A DNA stretch of 64,000 nucleotides from Lytechinus pictus (taxonomy: Eukaryota): the NCBI RefSeq assembly GCF_037042905.1, contig NC_087245.1:31312001-31376000 (forward strand), read 5' to 3'. The translations under genes and the position numbers were made by a program. Of the stretch, positions 1-13,200 are shown one piece after another (within the stretch, counting starts at the first letter, position 1; each line of letters starts with the position of its first letter). The notes below the pieces were generated by a model. It made no database searches. It was not told the origin of the DNA and saw only the letters and a program-made list of their open reading frames with translations.

Positions 1-180
1 CGAGCTTTACAAAAATGGACAGTGCTCACTCAAGTGTAATATTCTGACAAAACTTTTACTTTCATTGGATAGATGAGACCCAAACCCAAGATTATATGTG
101 GAAAAATTACCCACATGTTGTATATTTTTTAATTCCCAGTGCTTTTTCACAGTGTAAACTTTTTTTTGATACGCACTGTA
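1..180. mobile_element. Right end of a Tc1/mariner-like element
   Basis: Ends ...TTTTTGATACGCACTG-TA (reverse complement TA-CAGTGCGTATC, similar to the terminus at 63479). Confidence 0.5.
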
Positions 181-1091
181 TAATCTAAGCAGTTACCTTT
201 AGTGACCTTTTTTCTTTTTATCACCAATCTGTTTATGAAAGGCATGGTTTCATTCAACAACAATTAATACAAGAAAACTTCAAGAAAAAGAATGATGGTC
301 ATCATGCGCATACACGCGGCCGTCAATTATCATGATCATCTTGTAGTCCTTTGATCATGATAATCATGATCATTATTTTCATATGATTCACATTATGATG
401 TCCGGAAATTATCGGGGGATGAAAACACATGCCATCCCTTCTACCTGAAATATTGGGGAGATATATATATCCCATCCCACCCCCACCAAGACCTATGAAT
501 TTAAGTTTACTTAGTAATTCTATTCTATTTTGTTATGTTCCTTTTTTAGTAGGCCTATTTGCTCTAGGCATATCTCGGCTCTGACTGGTAAACATGTCAA
601 TTTGCAATAAATAAAACCGGGAGTGCTACACTACAGGCGGTAAGGGTGACTACCACCATGACTTTGAAAGAAGTGAAGAGAAAAAGGAATGGGAATACAA
701 AAAGAAAGAGAAAAAGGGAAAGGAAGTAGGAGAAATAAGATTTATATTGCCCCAAAGAAGGATTGCCTATGATTTTGAGTGATTTTCGATTCTCGTGTGT
801 TCTCATGGAATTTTTTTGCTGTCTACGATACCCCTGCCACCCCTCCCTGCCAACATAAGAAGCACACCTAATTTTGTCTGAAGGAGAGCAGCAATAGACA
901 TTCTACTTTGATCGATGAACAGGCTTAGTCCTACAACATCGTTGTTGTAAACTAAACTAAACTAAAGAACACGCCAAAACTGGTTTAGATTTGGTGACAG
1001 AGTCTACTTTTCAAAATTGCTTTAGTAGCTCAAAGACACCATGAAACCTTAACCCGCGCCGAAGATATGATTTGAAATCAAAAAAGTTATC

Positions 1092-1239
1092 ATGGAATCT
1101 AACACCTCAGAACTTCTCATGAAAGCAGATGACTGCGAAATATTTGGATGGATTTTTGATTATGCTGCATGGATGGCATGGGACGAATTCCAGCGAAATC
1201 ATACCGTCGATTCCAGAACAGAAAGGTCATTCATGACGG
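1092..1239 (+). CDS. TERF: TRF exon 1 (start; first TRFH helices)
   Basis: MESNTSELLMKADDCEIFGWIFDYAAWMAWDEFQ...; donor ACGG|gtacgt, phase 1. Confidence 0.8.
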
Positions 1240-4200
1240 GTACGTTAAAGCGCGCGGAGGGCGGGGTGTTGAGGGAGGCGCCAAGGCCGGAGGAACGCCC
1301 GAGTGCCTGGCCTGAGTTACGGCAGTATGCAAGGTCCTAATCCCATCTGCCACGACTGGTGCGGGGCTGAGCCAGGCCCAGGGTGACCAGATTTCACAAA
1401 ATGAAATACGGGACAATCGAAAAAGCACGCTAGCTGCACGAGCGGATCTACCGAGCCAACAAAGAAGGCTAATGTTAGACTTGTAAAAAATATATATATA
1501 AAGGAAGGGAAGGTGAACGAAAGAATGAAGGAGAGGAAGAAGAGATGAGAGAAAAAGAGACAAATTGAGACTTTAATAAGAGGAAAGAAAAAAAATGAAG
1601 GGCAAAATGAAGGAAAAAATAAAACAAGTTAGAATAAAAGCAGGATAAATGAAAGATTGGGAAAAGGTGTCCATCATTCTTTGAAATGAATAAAGAAAGG
1701 AAGGAAGGGAAGATGAAGAAATGTGTGAAAGAAAAAAATAAAGGAGAGAAAGGAGGAAGAAAGAAAGAAGGAAGGAAGGAAAGAAAAATGTTTCATTCAT
1801 TCTTTCAAAGAAAGAAAGAAGAAAACAGGAAGGAAGGAAAAGAATATAAGGGAAAAAATAAGATTAAGAAGGAAAAAAGAAAATGAAGAATGAAAGAAAA
1901 GATGAAAGAGAGGGAGGAAAGAATGAAAAAAAGAACGAAAATAATGGAAGGAGAGAAAGAACGAAAAGAAAAAGGAGAGGAAGGGAGAAGGAAGGAAAAG
2001 AATGAAAGAAAAAAAAGGAAAGTGGGAGAAAGAAAGAAAAATGAACAGAGAGAGAAAGGAAGGACAAGATAGAAAAGGAAAAATAATTAAAGAAAAGAGT
2101 TCAAACTTCAAGCAAATCTACAAAAATCCAATCATCTAAAAAAATATATATATATTTTGAAATATATTTAAAAACGGTAGCACTTGCGGGGCTTCGTTCA
2201 AGGTACAAAGAATTTTCTATATTTTTTGTTTAATTTGTCATCGCTTTGAATGTTTTCCAAAAAGTATCATCAGCAAAAATAATATAAAAAGTACATTTTT
2301 AAAGTTATTGCATTTATTGGTGTCTCTATTTTATCAAACAATCATTGGAATTGCGCTTACAATGAATCAAGAATCTAGTTTTAAAATACCCACAAGCTGA
2401 ATTAAGGTTGTGAATTGTATATTAGCGCCACCAACGACCTTCCTTTTATTTCTGTGGAAGAGACATGCGAAGCCACTTTCCAGGCCGGAGTAAGCGATTT
2501 TGCTCTTTTTTGTGTCCTTTTTATATTAAAATATATGTTAAAAATTGAAAATGAAACACTTTTCACCAGAAAAAGCCCTGGTGAGTAGCGGAATGAGTTT
2601 CGGCTAACATTATTCGCGTTATGAAGAGACAACTCTACAGTCCACTGCGTAGACACGTACATAGTGCGAGGTTAGTATAGTATACTAACCTGGCAATACG
2701 TGTGAGTGGCCTAACGTTAGCCAGGCAGGCGCAGGTTCTTTGTAGTAGAGAGTAAAGTTACTCACGTTAGCCTTAAAGGTCAAGTCCACCTCAGGAAAAT
2801 GCTGACTTGAATAAATAGACAAAATCAAACTAGCATAGTGCTGAAAATTTCATCAAAATTGGATGTAATATAAGAAAGTTATGACATTTTAAAGTTTTGC
2901 TTATTTTTCACAAAACAGTGATATGCACAACTAGGTGAGTCAGTATACAAATAGCGAATAGGCATGAGTGCGATGGTGCGAGATTTCGCATGAGGTGAAA
3001 GAAAGATGATCTATTCAACGAGGCGTTAGCCGAGTTGAATAGAGTGTTTCTTTCTTTCACCGAATGCGAAATCTCGCACCATTGCACTCATGCCTATTCG
3101 CTATTTGTGTTGTACAACGCCTCGGAGTTTAGCGAATTTATGAAAAACAAAGAGTTTTTCCTGCAGTAATCTATGAAAAGGGAGCAAAAATATGGAAAGC
3201 GAAAAGCAAAATCCCACACAAGCGAACACCTCGGGCAGCATTGCGCATTTAGCCAGCAGGCTATACGCGTATTGCACCTGCATTCTTACTGAGCGCAATG
3301 AATTGAATCGTATTGTGACGTCACCTCCTAAAGCCGTGCAACGGTACATTTTGGATGGTACGTCTTTTGTGCAACGGTACGAATGTTTGACATTCAGCCT
3401 CCCATTTGCTCGCGTACAACAAGCTAAGTAGGCGTTGTACAATAGATGATGTCAATCACTCACTATTTCTTTTGTTTTTTATTGTTTGAATTATACAATA
3501 TTTCATTTTTTTAGATTTGACAATAAGGACCAACTTGACTGAACCATATAGTATTGAACAATACTTATTCTACATATTCAGGGAGGAATTAATCGGTGTA
3601 TCACTTGACAATGGGGAGAAATTTAGAATATTTCATATAATAAAATACAAAAGAAATAGTGAGTGGATGACGTCATAGTCTCCTCATTTGCATACCAGCC
3701 AGGATGTGCATATAACTGTTTTGTGAAATTAAGGGAAACTTTAAAATGTCATAACTTTCTTATTTTACATCCGATTTTGATGAAATTTTCAGTGTTAAGT
3801 TTGTTGGATTTTTCTCTTTTTATTCAAATCAACTTTTTGTTGGGGTGGACCTGTCCTTTAAATACTATTCACGGAGCCAGAGCGTGTGCCTGTTGAACTC
3901 TTACCTGCTTTAACACGGGTTGGGAAAAAATTAAACCTGGCTTAACTTAAGTCTTGACTTTAGATCTAGAGTCTATCCCCTGATTTTCCGTTTTCCCTCT
4001 CAATGAATCCAGCGAGGCATAGATTAGATTAGAAATCATGATGATTACGCGAACAGTTATAATTTTTTTCTTGGATGTAATTTTTTTTCACTTTTGTATA
4101 TTTGATGTTAGAATCTACAGTAACGTATAGAGGCGCTGGTCAGAAAATTTGGATTGTCCCATTTTACAGGGACTGTCTCAGTTTTCAGAGATTTTTCCAC

Positions 4201-7200
4201 ACAAAAAATCTAGAAAAGTTCATTCTCTTGTTAAGTGCGGACACTAATCAAGTGTGCTAGTCAATGTACCAGGACCAGGTTTCATAACGATTATTGGACA
4301 ACAGTGCAGAAGTCGTGAAAAATCTATGGTGAACTGGGGGAATTGAGGTCACTGAATCTATTTTTAGCACTCTCAATCCCCGTAATTGCCATCTATGTCC
4401 CGCAGGGGTAAGTGTAAAAAAAAACTGTCCCTATAAACAAGGACAATCTCAATTTATCAAGACATGATTTGTATTGGTTTACAAGGATATCCTTGTTTTC
4501 TGGGAAAAACCCAATTTTTGGACCAGCGCCTCCACTGATTTATTTTTTTTCAAAACAAAATATTTTTTGAAAAGACCCAATTATAAAAAAAAAGTATTTA
4601 GAAGATGGGTTCGACTCGCCACTGTTTACTCCGTTAGCTAATTGAGCTGATTTTAGCGGACCATCACATATTTGCGATCAATTCCTGTGTCGTCAAGAAC
4701 ATTAAGGACATTGTTATGATTGTTGACATAAGGATAATCAAGTATCAATGATTGTCAAGCATGAGTCTTGGGTCACATGATCAAGGTTAAAGCCAAAGGT
4801 CATTTGACCCGTTAATGAATTTGATATTTTATTATCTTATGAATGGTGTTTCTTTAAAATAATTATTCAACAGCTGTTTTCAAAGTCAGCACTGCTGCTA
4901 TATTGAATTGCATAATGCAGGCGAGACTGCCAGAGGCATTCCACTTGTTTAATTCATTGTCCAGTCTATGAGTTAAAGATGTTTAGTTTTACTATTGACC
5001 AAAATGTCTGAAAGCTGGGATTAGTGGGTGAAAATTGGTTGCTCGAATGAAACAAGGAATCTAGATCTTAATAGTTAGGCCTACAGCTTGAGTTGAATGA
5101 TCAATTGTAAAATTGAAATAGTTATTTGCGATTGATTACTGTAAAAGTGGAAATTTTCGCGGATTTCGCGGCAAGATCGGCGAGTGCGAATTTAAAAACA
5201 CGCGAATTTATAAGCATCTATATTAATGCAAGTTTTGAACCGCGATTCAATTGCGTGTATCGTTTTGGCAAATAGATTGCATAATTTGACATATAGAGGG
5301 CGGCATTTAAGCAAGCAAGCTTGAGCTCCAAAATCATATGCATCGCGAGAATTTGTTCCAAAGCAATGCAATAATTTTTTAACAGTCGCAGATCGGTATT
5401 TAAATTATGATTTTGGTTGAAATATAAATTGCTTTTGCTGTTTGATTGGTGAGTGTTTAGATCTGTTAAGTTTTTAAGAAGACTTTGGGTCGATCGCCAT
5501 GTTTCTTGATTGATCCCATGCACTTTGAATAGCCGTAATCCCCCCGGTACTTACCCGGTGCTCGGCCGTCCATACCAGGCCAGCAGCTAGCAGCGCCTCC
5601 GTTTTTGCCTTCCCCGATGTCCGCCCCGCGAGAAAAGTTGCGCTAAATGTCACAAAAGCTCATGATTGGATCAAAACAATGCTGAATTATGCCACTTTAG
5701 AGCTAGAGTTATGATCAGAAAATACAATTTCATTGCTGAAATGTTAATTAAAACCATTCACAGACACAGATGGGCAAGATTCGCAAGAAGGAAGTGACTT
5801 TGTTGTGATTATGGAGTGTGCAGCGCGAATTCAAGAACCCGCGAATATGTTTTGAAGCCGTCAAGCGCGAAAAATTAATCCCGCGAAAATAACAGCGTTT
5901 ACAGTACTTTACAAACATTTTCTTGTAACCCCTTTAATCTTTTTTTTTTTACAGGAGTGATGGAGTACACCCCAGGGGTGAACCAAGAAAGGATCCACCA
6001 TGTTGAGTTTGTCCATCTCCTCTGCCTGTTGGCTGACGGTGAGAAGGTCGACCTGTGTTACACCAGAGGGGATGAAGCCCATCGTACACCCCTGGAGATT
6101 GCCTTGGATAACGTCACTAAGCTTGAGGAAAGCATGAAACAGAAGAGCCCGATGCGGAGCGAAATGGCCGAATTGAGACGACTCATCAAGATTCAGGTGA
6201 GAAAATTTTCCCTTTTATTATTCTGTGTGTTACTTACTTTTGTTGGTGTGAACTGGGTCATTGTTGTTGCCATACATGTGAATCAATACACTTGTGATTC
6301 CATACTCCAGAGACCATTGCTCCAATGGATCATAATTTGCATGTAGGGGTGAGGGGGGAGTTCTCCCTGGTGTAAATTTGGTTAAATAGAAGCACACCAA
6401 AAAAAACACCAAAAACATTGGTGAAGATTTGCCAAAAATCCATCCAAGAATAACATGGTTTATTATTTTTGTAAAGAAATGTGCTAAAGAGCAATTTTGT
6501 ATGAGCAAAGGCCCAGTCACACTCACCTCTAATTTACAAGGCAAGATTTCCTGGTTCTGAAATCAAAAATATATATTGTACTTTGCTAAAATTGAATTTG
6601 AAGCAAGTCAAAATTGGGCCCAATATGGAAAGAATGATCGTTTTGAGGAGACAAGAACCAGGTGAGGTCATTCTTCATTTGTATAATTTATATTCTGTGT
6701 GTCACTATGGTTTGTAGACTAGGCTGTTGTTTGGTTTGATTGTGAATGTGTGCAAATACTAAATTTTTAAAGATAATAGCTTATTTTATTCATTGTCAGA
6801 GTTTGCAAAGCACAACAATTATTATCCCAGCATTAGCTTGAGCCACATGTGCCACTTCATCAGGGGTGCTCTGTGCATTAACAGAATTAATCCTACCAAT
6901 TACCCAGATACCTCACCTGGGTTGATAGCATCACAATATGGATCAGTTTCTTGCTGAAGGAAATTACACGCTGTCTTACATTTGAACCCATGACCTCTGT
7001 TATAAAGTCCAGAGACTATCCCACTGGAGTCAACTAGACCAGGGCCCCGTCTTACAAAGAGTTGGGATTGATCCAATCAATCACAATTATGGACGGCCAG
7101 CAACTTCAACATCTAACATGCATGCATGTCTGTTCAAAATATTTTCTATGATGTATATTCATACATTCGTAGTTGTCTTGAAGATTCAGTGCCATTCTCT

Positions 7201-10200
7201 CTGTTTACTAAGGAGATTGTGCAAATTTCCTGTAGAAAAAATTATGAAACTGATGGATTTCCATAGAGTTACGATTGATTGGATCAATCGTAACTCTTTG
7301 TAAGACAGGGCCCAGAACTCTCCATTAGGTTTGTTAACAATGTATCAACATGTTTCCTCTGTTCATACAGGCCGTTCTTGCTCTGTTGAGGGCTCGGGAT
7401 ACACACTCTGCTAAGAATCTTCTGACAGCATTCTGGCCAAAGCAGATTAAACGATCAGCAGAAGATAAGGTAAATAAAAGCATGCAAAAAATTTGATGTG
7501 CTAGACACCGTTCTCATTATACTTTCTAAAACTGGTTTACTGAAAACCGGTTCAGGAAACAAGTTTGGAAGATCGCTTTGCTAGCGTTCCCATTTGATCA
7601 CCCGAAAGTGGTTTTCAAAACCACTTCATGTAAAGCTGTCTTGTTGCCATGGGAACACTCTTAGTGGGATGACATGTTTTGCGCTAAATTTGAAACCGCA
7701 GAGTTGGCAGAGAGAGCGAAGTTGGCTCAGTCAGTAAAGTGTCTGCCAGTCGAACCAAAGATCGTGGGTTCGAGTCCACCCCGGATGGATGACTGAAGCC
7801 ATTGCGTTGTGTGTAAACGTCTCTCTCCTGTTTCATAGATGCAGGCTATGTTACAGTGGAAAACACTCTGTCTCTCAGATAGGACGTTAAATGGAGGCCC
7901 TGTGTAGAGGAGAGTCACCACCTTTGCACGTTAAGAACCCACTGCACTATTCGAATAAGAGTAGGGGAAACCCCGGTGAAGTGGTCCACCTGCATTCCCC
8001 CAACCAGGTATATCGAGAGGAGAGACCTGCGGGTCACAGTTCTGTGTGCGCGCCCCTCTAGGCGACCCAGATCGGCTGGCTCCTCCATAAATGCGCCTTT
8101 GAATGTCTTTGACAGATATATGGCGCTATACAAATGCTGTGCATCATCATCATCTTTCCACATACAGTGTGTGGAGTAGCGCGCTCAAAATGTGCAAAGA
8201 TCGCTTCCCGAAGAACGGTTGTGTCCTCACTAAAACCAGTTTAACGAGGCAAAGCGATCTTCAAAACTACAACTCGAGGTGGTTTTCACTTCCAAGACCT
8301 CTTCGGCCGTTCTCATTACACGTTAAACTAGTTTCCATGAAACTAGTTTTAGGACGGTAGTGAGAACGGTGTCCATGTATCCTAGCAGTCAGGAAAGACT
8401 TTCACATTTCATCCCTCCCTGAATATGCCATTGTTGCAAGCTATTATAAAATGAAGAGCTTCCAGATCTACAAAAATTTAGATATTATATAGTGAGTAAC
8501 ATCATCGACTCTTGATTTGCACATCACAGTTTTGTGAATATGACTTTTGTGAAAATAAAGTTAGTTTTGAATGTGTCATGGATTTCTTATTCTACATCCA
8601 ATTTCTATTAAAGTTTCATTGTTATACTTGTTTGATTTTTCTCTTATTCAAATCAACTTTTTGTTGGGGTGAACTTGACCTTTAACAAATATGACATTTG
8701 GACAGGGTGTTGTCATTTTTTTTTCTTGGCAATTCAAACCCTTTGTTGTTTTTTAATGTTTAAAATTTTTGAATTTAGTGTATCAGACAGGTGAAATTAA
8801 GTCTCCATATTTATTGAATTCAATTAGATATTACTGAGTGGTTGTAGATTCTCATGTCCTCATAGACATGACAATATGACATGCAGTAAGGTTTTCTTGC
8901 CAAAAGTCGATCACACATTTCCTGCAGGAATCCCGCAAGCGGCTCTTCATTACCAATCCTCACATATCATCATGTAGATAAAGTAATGGGGAATGCAGGG
9001 GAACAGCTGTGAGAGATGCTTAGTGCCTTTGTAGCGGGATGCCCAATAAAAGATGCTGCAAATTTTGTATTAAAAGCCGATGCGCTACGAATTATGCATA
9101 ACACCACTGGATCCCGATGTGAATGAAATATGCGTCTTTCACTCCGGCTTTTCCCCATTCCCATTTTATTTCTGTAATGAATATTGGGACTTGCAAAGGG
9201 CAAGTCTTGTGAGATTCCTGTTGGAACAACTCGGCTCTGACCTGGGGCCCATCTTACAAAGAGTTGCGATTGATCCGTTCAATCGCAACTAAGGAAAGCC
9301 AGCAAAGTCAACATATAATTATAAAATGCATGTTTGTTCAAAAAAATTCTAGATATGTGTGTATATCCATAAATTCATTGATATCTTGATAATTTGGTGT
9401 GTACTCCTTTGTATACAAAGGACATTTTACAAATTTCCTGTATAAAAAATTGACACTGATGGATTTCCATAGAGTTACGTTAATTGGATAAATCGTAACT
9501 CTTTGTAGGATGGGGCCCTGTTCGTAATGACCCTTGACATTGAGGAGACAAGAACCTCCATGGTTAAACGATACTGAAATCTTGCACTGTCGTTGGCTTC
9601 TGGTTAATTGCCATTGGTCATAGATTGCAAACATTTATTACTGATAATATCAGTTTTTAGGACACAGGGCCCTCCACTCCTGTGTGTATACAGTGGAAAG
9701 TTCATCATCATCATTTTATTCAGTCAGCATTTTGACTCGTGCGCCATGATGACACTCCCTCCTTCCACTTCATTCTGTCTTGATCATCCTCCTCGTACAG
9801 ACCAATCTTACTGCTCTCCTTCTTTACCATATCTATCTTTGGTCTCCCTCTCCTCTCATTCCATCCACTTCCAGATTCCATGCTCTTTTAACAGGTCCCT
9901 CTTCCCTCCTCCAACACATGGTCCATCCATCTCAGACCACTCCTCCTTTATACCACTTCCACAACACTTTCTTCCAAACCCAACCTTTCCATGAGCTCAC
10001 TCGTGTCCTTTCTATCATATCTGAACACCACACAGTATAGTATGGTATTGGAATAATAATTCAATATTATAAAATATATCATGATGCCATTATGGGTAAA
10101 AGATAAAGGAGATGGTTTCAGTTTGGCTGCTCTCCCTTCACAATTTTTGTTTTGTTTTTGTTTTGTTGTTGTTTTGTTTTTGTGTGTTTTATATATAAAA

Positions 10201-13200
10201 TCTTTATTCAGATTGTTGTACACTTTCTAAGTATAAACGTAGAGACTTATTTTTTGGTATTGTCTTACAAAATATGGAGATATAAATATGTATTTTTTTA
10301 TTATGGGATAGCCTATTCACATCTTTATTAAACAAAGTATTATATATATCAATTTTATTATTTGCTCAGAACTTAAAAAGTCTTTGTTTGGATTTGTTTC
10401 ATCATACAATACCGCATTATTATACAGTAAATACAAGTGAAAGAAACTGTTTTTCTCTGTTTGTTTTATGTGTTGTGATAATCTTTGTTCAAAAAATGTT
10501 TATCATAATGTATAATAGTTCATTTGTTATATTGCTGTATACATGTACTTCACTTTATTTTGTATATTTAATAAATTTATTACCCTTGTATGTATGAAAA
10601 ATGTGATATCTGAATAAAGGCTAAAAAAACATTTAAAAAAAACCACACAAATAAGAATTTATTTTAATCACTGCTCTTTCTATGCAGGAGGTTGTGACTA
10701 CTCTGAACGCCATGATAGAAGGCAAGAAGAACAAGGCATTTGATGCGGCACACAGCCATCCAAAGTTCTGCCAGTCGCTGATACCCATCCTGAAGCAGGT
10801 CCATGACCGGTTCAAGAGGCCGTTCCTCATCGAGGTCAGTTAAGGTTTTCTCTTCTGTGGGTTGTAAAACGGACCCAATCTGATTTTTTGCTCATTATTG
10901 CCAACTTTAATGCAGCAAACGTCAAAATCCTGGCATAGTAATTTCTTGTGAGTGGGCTGTATGTGCGCATAGCCATAGAACTTGTACTGTAACTGCATTG
11001 GCGATGTTGAATTAGGGTTTCGTTTAATAAGCTGGAGCTCTTCGTCTTTGCAGCATTTAATTTTCGCTGTATACAAAATGGATTTCATATTGATACTGCT
11101 CTTTGGTTTACTTGTGAAAAAATATCAGGTGAGTCATTTTTGTCTACGCTTTTCCGACGGCGGCAGCAGCGTCAACATCAAATCTTAACCCAAGGTTAAG
11201 TTTTTGAAATGATATCATAACTTAGAAAGTATATGGACCTAGTTCATGAAACTTGGACATAAGGGTAATCAAGTATTACTGAACAACTTGCCTTGGTTTC
11301 AGGTCACATGACCAAGACCAAAGGTCATTTAGGGTCAATGAACTTAGACCACGTTGGGGGAATCAATTTCGAAATCTTTTTTCAATTCAATTCAGCATTT
11401 ATTTCCAAATTCATTGAAAAGAACAAAATGAGAACAAAAGTATATATACACAAAGAAAAAATGAATAACATAAAACAAAGCACAGGTATCAACAGAACAT
11501 AACTGAAACAAATAGTGGTGATGATAAAATTATGGTTGGCACATGATTATAGAAATATAGATGAACAAAATAATGAATGGAAATTGGGCATGCACAAAAA
11601 AGCCATAAAAAGGCTTGTTAAAACGCACATACCCAAGAAATATCAATCGTTAAAAATAAAATTCAGTATATGGTATTAGGTATTAGGTATACTTAACCTA
11701 CAGTAAGGCTAAGTTTTTGAAATGTCATCATAACTTAAAAAATATATGGACCTAGTTCATGAAACTTACACATAAGGGTAATGAAGTATTACTATCCTGC
11801 CCGAGATTCAGGTCACATGACCAAGGTCAAAGGTCATTTAGGGTCAATGAACTTTGGCCATGTTGGGGGTAATTGTTGAATTGCCATCATAACTTTGAAA
11901 GTTTATGGATATAGTTAATGAAATGTGGACATAGGGGTATTGCTCATCTTGGACAAGTCGTAGGTCACTTGATGAAGATCAAATGTCATTTAGGGTCAAT
12001 GAATGTAGTAGCATATTATATGAATGGTGTTTTAGGGGGAATATATCATAGTCATTTTCAAAGTCAGCACTGCTGCTATATTGAATTGCGTAATGCAGAC
12101 GAGAGTGCCAGAGGCGCTCCACTTGTTTCTAAAATATTTATGAGGGATGACAAGTAGTGTGAATTCTCATACTCGTAGTTCACCGTGAAAAGTCTGTTTT
12201 ATACATACAAAGTTTGCTGGAAATTTGTGGTGATTGCCAGGTAATCTATTATGCTGGCCATACAGCAGGTTCGAGATTAAGTACTGTAGGTGACAAAACG
12301 TAATATTGAGAAAATTTCCTTAGTTTGATTCAATCTGATGCACCAGTCCTGTAACTCTTATTCCCTTAGAGGAAGTTAAGCCTTTAGTCTTTTGATTTCC
12401 ATTAAGAGTGCTCTGAAATTGAAAGAATTTTCTTGGCAAGTTAAAGCGACAAAATTTATCAAGAGTGACATTCCACATTATGAAGTGAACATATACGTGG
12501 TTTAAGGTCAGCTCCATTGAGAGGAAAACTCCCCTGGTGACTTCATCAAAGAGCTGTTGTTTGGGTAAAAGCTTTCTCCTGGGAGATTTTTTCCCCCTTG
12601 CCAGTGAGCTCTCCTCTACAAGTGGTGTGCTTCAGGTTACAATAAGGAAAATGAAACCCTACAAACCAGTTGTGAATACAAAAGAGAAAAATACAAAAAT
12701 GAATCAATGAAAGTTTGAGAAAAAGAAAATGAATGAATGAGCTTCAGATCACCAACACTAACACCGAACATGACATCATGATTTTTCCAATCTCTGGGGG
12801 TGGGTGGTTGGTAAATGGGGAAATTACATGTAAATCGTCAACACCAGCTTCAGCAGACGGCATTCAACACCAGCACTCAACACAAACTGCCCGAAATACG
12901 TCACATTTTTCAAGGTCAATCCTAACACCAGCCTGATTTCAAGTATGGTGTTGTTGCTGGTGTTGGTGCTGTCACATCACCAACACCAGATTTAAACTCC
13001 GTACTTGAAATCACCCATTGTTCATGTGGGAATGGTAAGTGGAGGACTTGCAATGTTGGCAGGTATGTTGTCCTCCTGGGGGGTGGTGAATGTCCTGATA
13101 CTGAAAACACTTGTTTTTAAGATTCGCTTGTGGATGAACTTTCACCTTTACTGTTCAATGTTTTCTTTATAGGTAATTGCCAAGAAGAAGGACATCCAGA

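Noticed and set aside
1007..1076. E2F/CHR-like cell-cycle promoter motifs (CCGCGCC, TTTGAA) before the TRF ATG
   Set aside because: Short motifs, non-canonical spacing and unknown TSS; could occur by chance in AT-rich DNA.
1573..2111. ORFs rich in K/E/R or F/S/L
   Set aside because: Products of a purine-rich low-complexity tract; the same applies to 28380-28649 and 61500-61935.
7712..7790. tRNA gene
   Set aside because: A/B boxes are present but there is no clean acceptor stem, and it continues into a SINE body and tail. The same applies to 36630-36708, 45830-45895 and 52945-53020.
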